From the NCBI RefSeq assembly GCF_006345805.1, contig NW_021827774.1:1-9644 (forward strand): DNA of 9,644 bases. Reading direction: 5' to 3'. A program made the position numbers and the translations under genes. This DNA comes from Octopus sinensis (Eukaryota). The stretch's first letter is position 1; every line of letters begins with the position of its first letter. Shown here in pieces: positions 7,570 through 9,644 of the stretch. The notes beneath the pieces are model-generated. The model did not search any database, had not been told where the DNA came from, and worked only from the letters and a program-made list of their open reading frames with translations.

Positions 7570-7737
7570 ACACCTATATGTCGGCATATAAAGGAAACTT
7601 TTCCTGAAGTACCCATGAATAATATACAGATGAAAGGAAGATTTTTTCAAAATAATAGATGCAGGATCGATCATTTAAAAGACAAAAAAAGTAAAGGTAA
7701 CTTTACCTTCTCGAACGATGATGCGAAGTCATAAGTG

Positions 7738-7949
7738 TCGGATTCTCTGTTTCGGTAACGTATAAATTCTCCACCTGGACGGGACACCGGTTAGTCACGG
7801 GTTTACTCATTTTTGCCAGCTGAGTGGACTGGAGTAATATGACATGAAGTGTTTTGCTCAAGAACACAATGTATCGCCCGGTCCAGGAATCGAAACCTTG
7901 ATATTACGATCATGAGTCTAACACCTTAACCACGAAGCTACGTGTCTCC
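7738..7949 (-). mobile_element. tRNA-derived CORE-type SINE, same family as 1011-1259, more diverged
   Basis: ctcatttttgccagctgagtggactggag...gctcaagaacacaa...cgcccggtccaggaatcgaaac...ttacgatcatga...taaccac aligns with 1115-1250. Confidence 0.88.
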
Positions 7950-7954
7950 GAAGA

Positions 7955-9451
7955 GATAGATAGGCCTCTACAGAATACATTTGACAGACTGGTTGATCAC
8001 ACAGCAAATCCCTATGGCGTATACAAGACGGTTTCGAACTAGCATGACGTAGATTCGCTTAGACAGAAGAAAAACACACACAAAGAGGCGGATTTTACTG
8101 AGCACAAAGTATTCTCTTGAAGAATGTACAGGGCGGCCTCGGCGTAGTATGTAATGGATACGCTCCTAAACCGAGACATGAACCTCTGCATAGCTCACCA
8201 GTGAGATTTCATTGAATACAAATCTATCCTGTACGGAAGACAAGTTCCACCTAGCAAAGGATGTATTCTTCTTTCAAGAGACTCTGAGATATTACTGGAC
8301 AGAAAGCGATATTCTACAGAGTATCCAAACCTATTTCTTTACTACCCACAAGGGGCTAAACACAGAGGGGACAAACAAGGAGAGACATGGGTATTAAGTC
8401 GATTACATCGACCCCAGTGCGTAACTGGTACTTGATTTATCGACCCCGAAAGGATGAAAGGCAAAGTTGACCTCGGTGGAATGCGAACTCACAACGTAAC
8501 GCAGACGAAATACCGCTAAGCAATTCGCCCGGCGTGCTAACGTTTCTGCCAGCTCGCCGCCTTACGCTACTGAGTATCCAAACCGTTTGGGACCAACGTT
8601 TGGTAAATCCTTCCCTTGATAACGAGCGTCTACAGAGGACTCAAGGATGATTTTTTTTTAGAACAAGAGATACTCTACGAAAGATATAAGGTGGATTTTA
8701 ACTAGCCTGTGATGGATTAGTCACAAAATACGCAAATGGACGTCTACGAAACACAAGAGAGACTTCGACGAAGACAACCTTCCCCATTTAAAAGCATATG
8801 GGAGACCATTCAGCGAGAAGGGAAAGTAGGTCTCACAATACGCTAAAGACTGAGCATATTACGTCACTGGAAAAAGGATATATGTATTTGCATTGGGATC
8901 CTTCCATCGAAAACCGGTGATTGTTGTGCGCTGACGACGGATCAATACCCAGAAACTCCAGTCCGTGCGTATCACTTAGGTTTACGAGGGAAGGATGACC
9001 TCCCTTTGCAAATACCGATAGAGCACAGAAAGTGTGTCAATAGCCAGCTGCAGAAGATGTTCTCCTGGGGCTATAAGCTACAGTAACATCTACCCTCAGT
9101 GGTTAGGTATATTTAGATGGCAAATATACTTCACATTACTGAGTATGTTTTCCTAAAATACTGCGAATTATCAACTGAGCTAACGAGATATACTATACAG
9201 AGTGCACGAAGGAAGGAAATTTTACTGCAGTGAGATGTAAATTCTATTGATCAGACGACTTGATATCTGCCAACAAGGAGATTCAAACAATTGAGATGAG
9301 ATCAAAATTGAGTCAGGAATTTGAAGAGCGTTTCTCTAACATACAATCCAGAACAATTTCCACGATCTGTAATCTGTCAAAAATTGATCAACCTTTGATT
9401 TGGGAATATTTTAGAGCAGCGTTGGAGATATTGCCATGTTACATTGGGTGA
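7955..9451 (+). pseudogene. Probable heavily decayed RTE-clade LINE remnant(s), split by a SINE
   Basis: Motif-like pieces across frames: RRILLSTK..RMYRAA..TLL..ET*T (cf. TKL.VYRAA..TLLYGAETWT), DKFHL, SL*WISHKIR (cf. LRW.GHV.R), HWDPSIENR (cf. WE..A.DR) and IGLY..H. The + strand is A-rich. Spacing is imperfect, so the assignment is tentative. Confidence 0.45.
8332..8566 (-). mobile_element. tRNA-derived SINE, full-length, with 18-bp target-site duplication
   Basis: Minus strand: ggcggcgagctggcagaaacgttag (A-box), gagttcgcattcc (B-box), actttgcctttcatcctttcggggtcgataaa. The TSD is ctacagagtatccaaacc (8314-8331) versus ctactgagtatccaaacc (8567-8584). Confidence 0.93.
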
Positions 9452-9644
9452 AAAGATGGCGTTCGCAAGTGTTCTACATGAACGTTATGTAATAAGCGCG
9501 ACTGATATGGTGGAACTTACCTTTGTACATCTTTAATCTTCCGTATTCACTCTGTCATTATCTCCTACGGTCACTCCCTTGATCGCGTCAAACACACGTG
9601 TAAATCTACATATTTCTGCATGTATGTACGTATAAATATATATA

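Overview
AT-rich, repeat-saturated eukaryotic non-coding DNA with no supportable host gene. The SINE families and the (TA)n/(ATT)n density look like a coleoid cephalopod, probably Octopus; this is recognition from memory, not a database result. The centre (about 2380-5630) is a nest of co-oriented, minus-strand, 5'-truncated non-LTR retroelements, each bracketed by (TAA)n. It holds one decayed R4/Dong-clade LINE (family A: RT C-terminus, CCHC knuckle, PD-(D/E)xK endonuclease) and three fragments of a second R4/Dong family (B; about 55% amino-acid identity to A, unrelated 3' UTR). A third, unassigned (TAA)-flanked element (C) is also present. The flanks carry five tRNA-derived SINEs, long microsatellites and a probable decayed RTE-like LINE interrupted by a SINE with an 18-bp TSD. 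The best leads are the (TAA)n-targeted multi-family nest, a cDNA fold-back inverted duplication at a 5' junction, a 38-bp inverted templated insertion matching sequence 2.7 kb away, and a 3'-UTR motif shared at near-identical distance from the tail by two families with otherwise unrelated UTRs. Almost all ORF-track entries are microsatellite or antisense artefacts.
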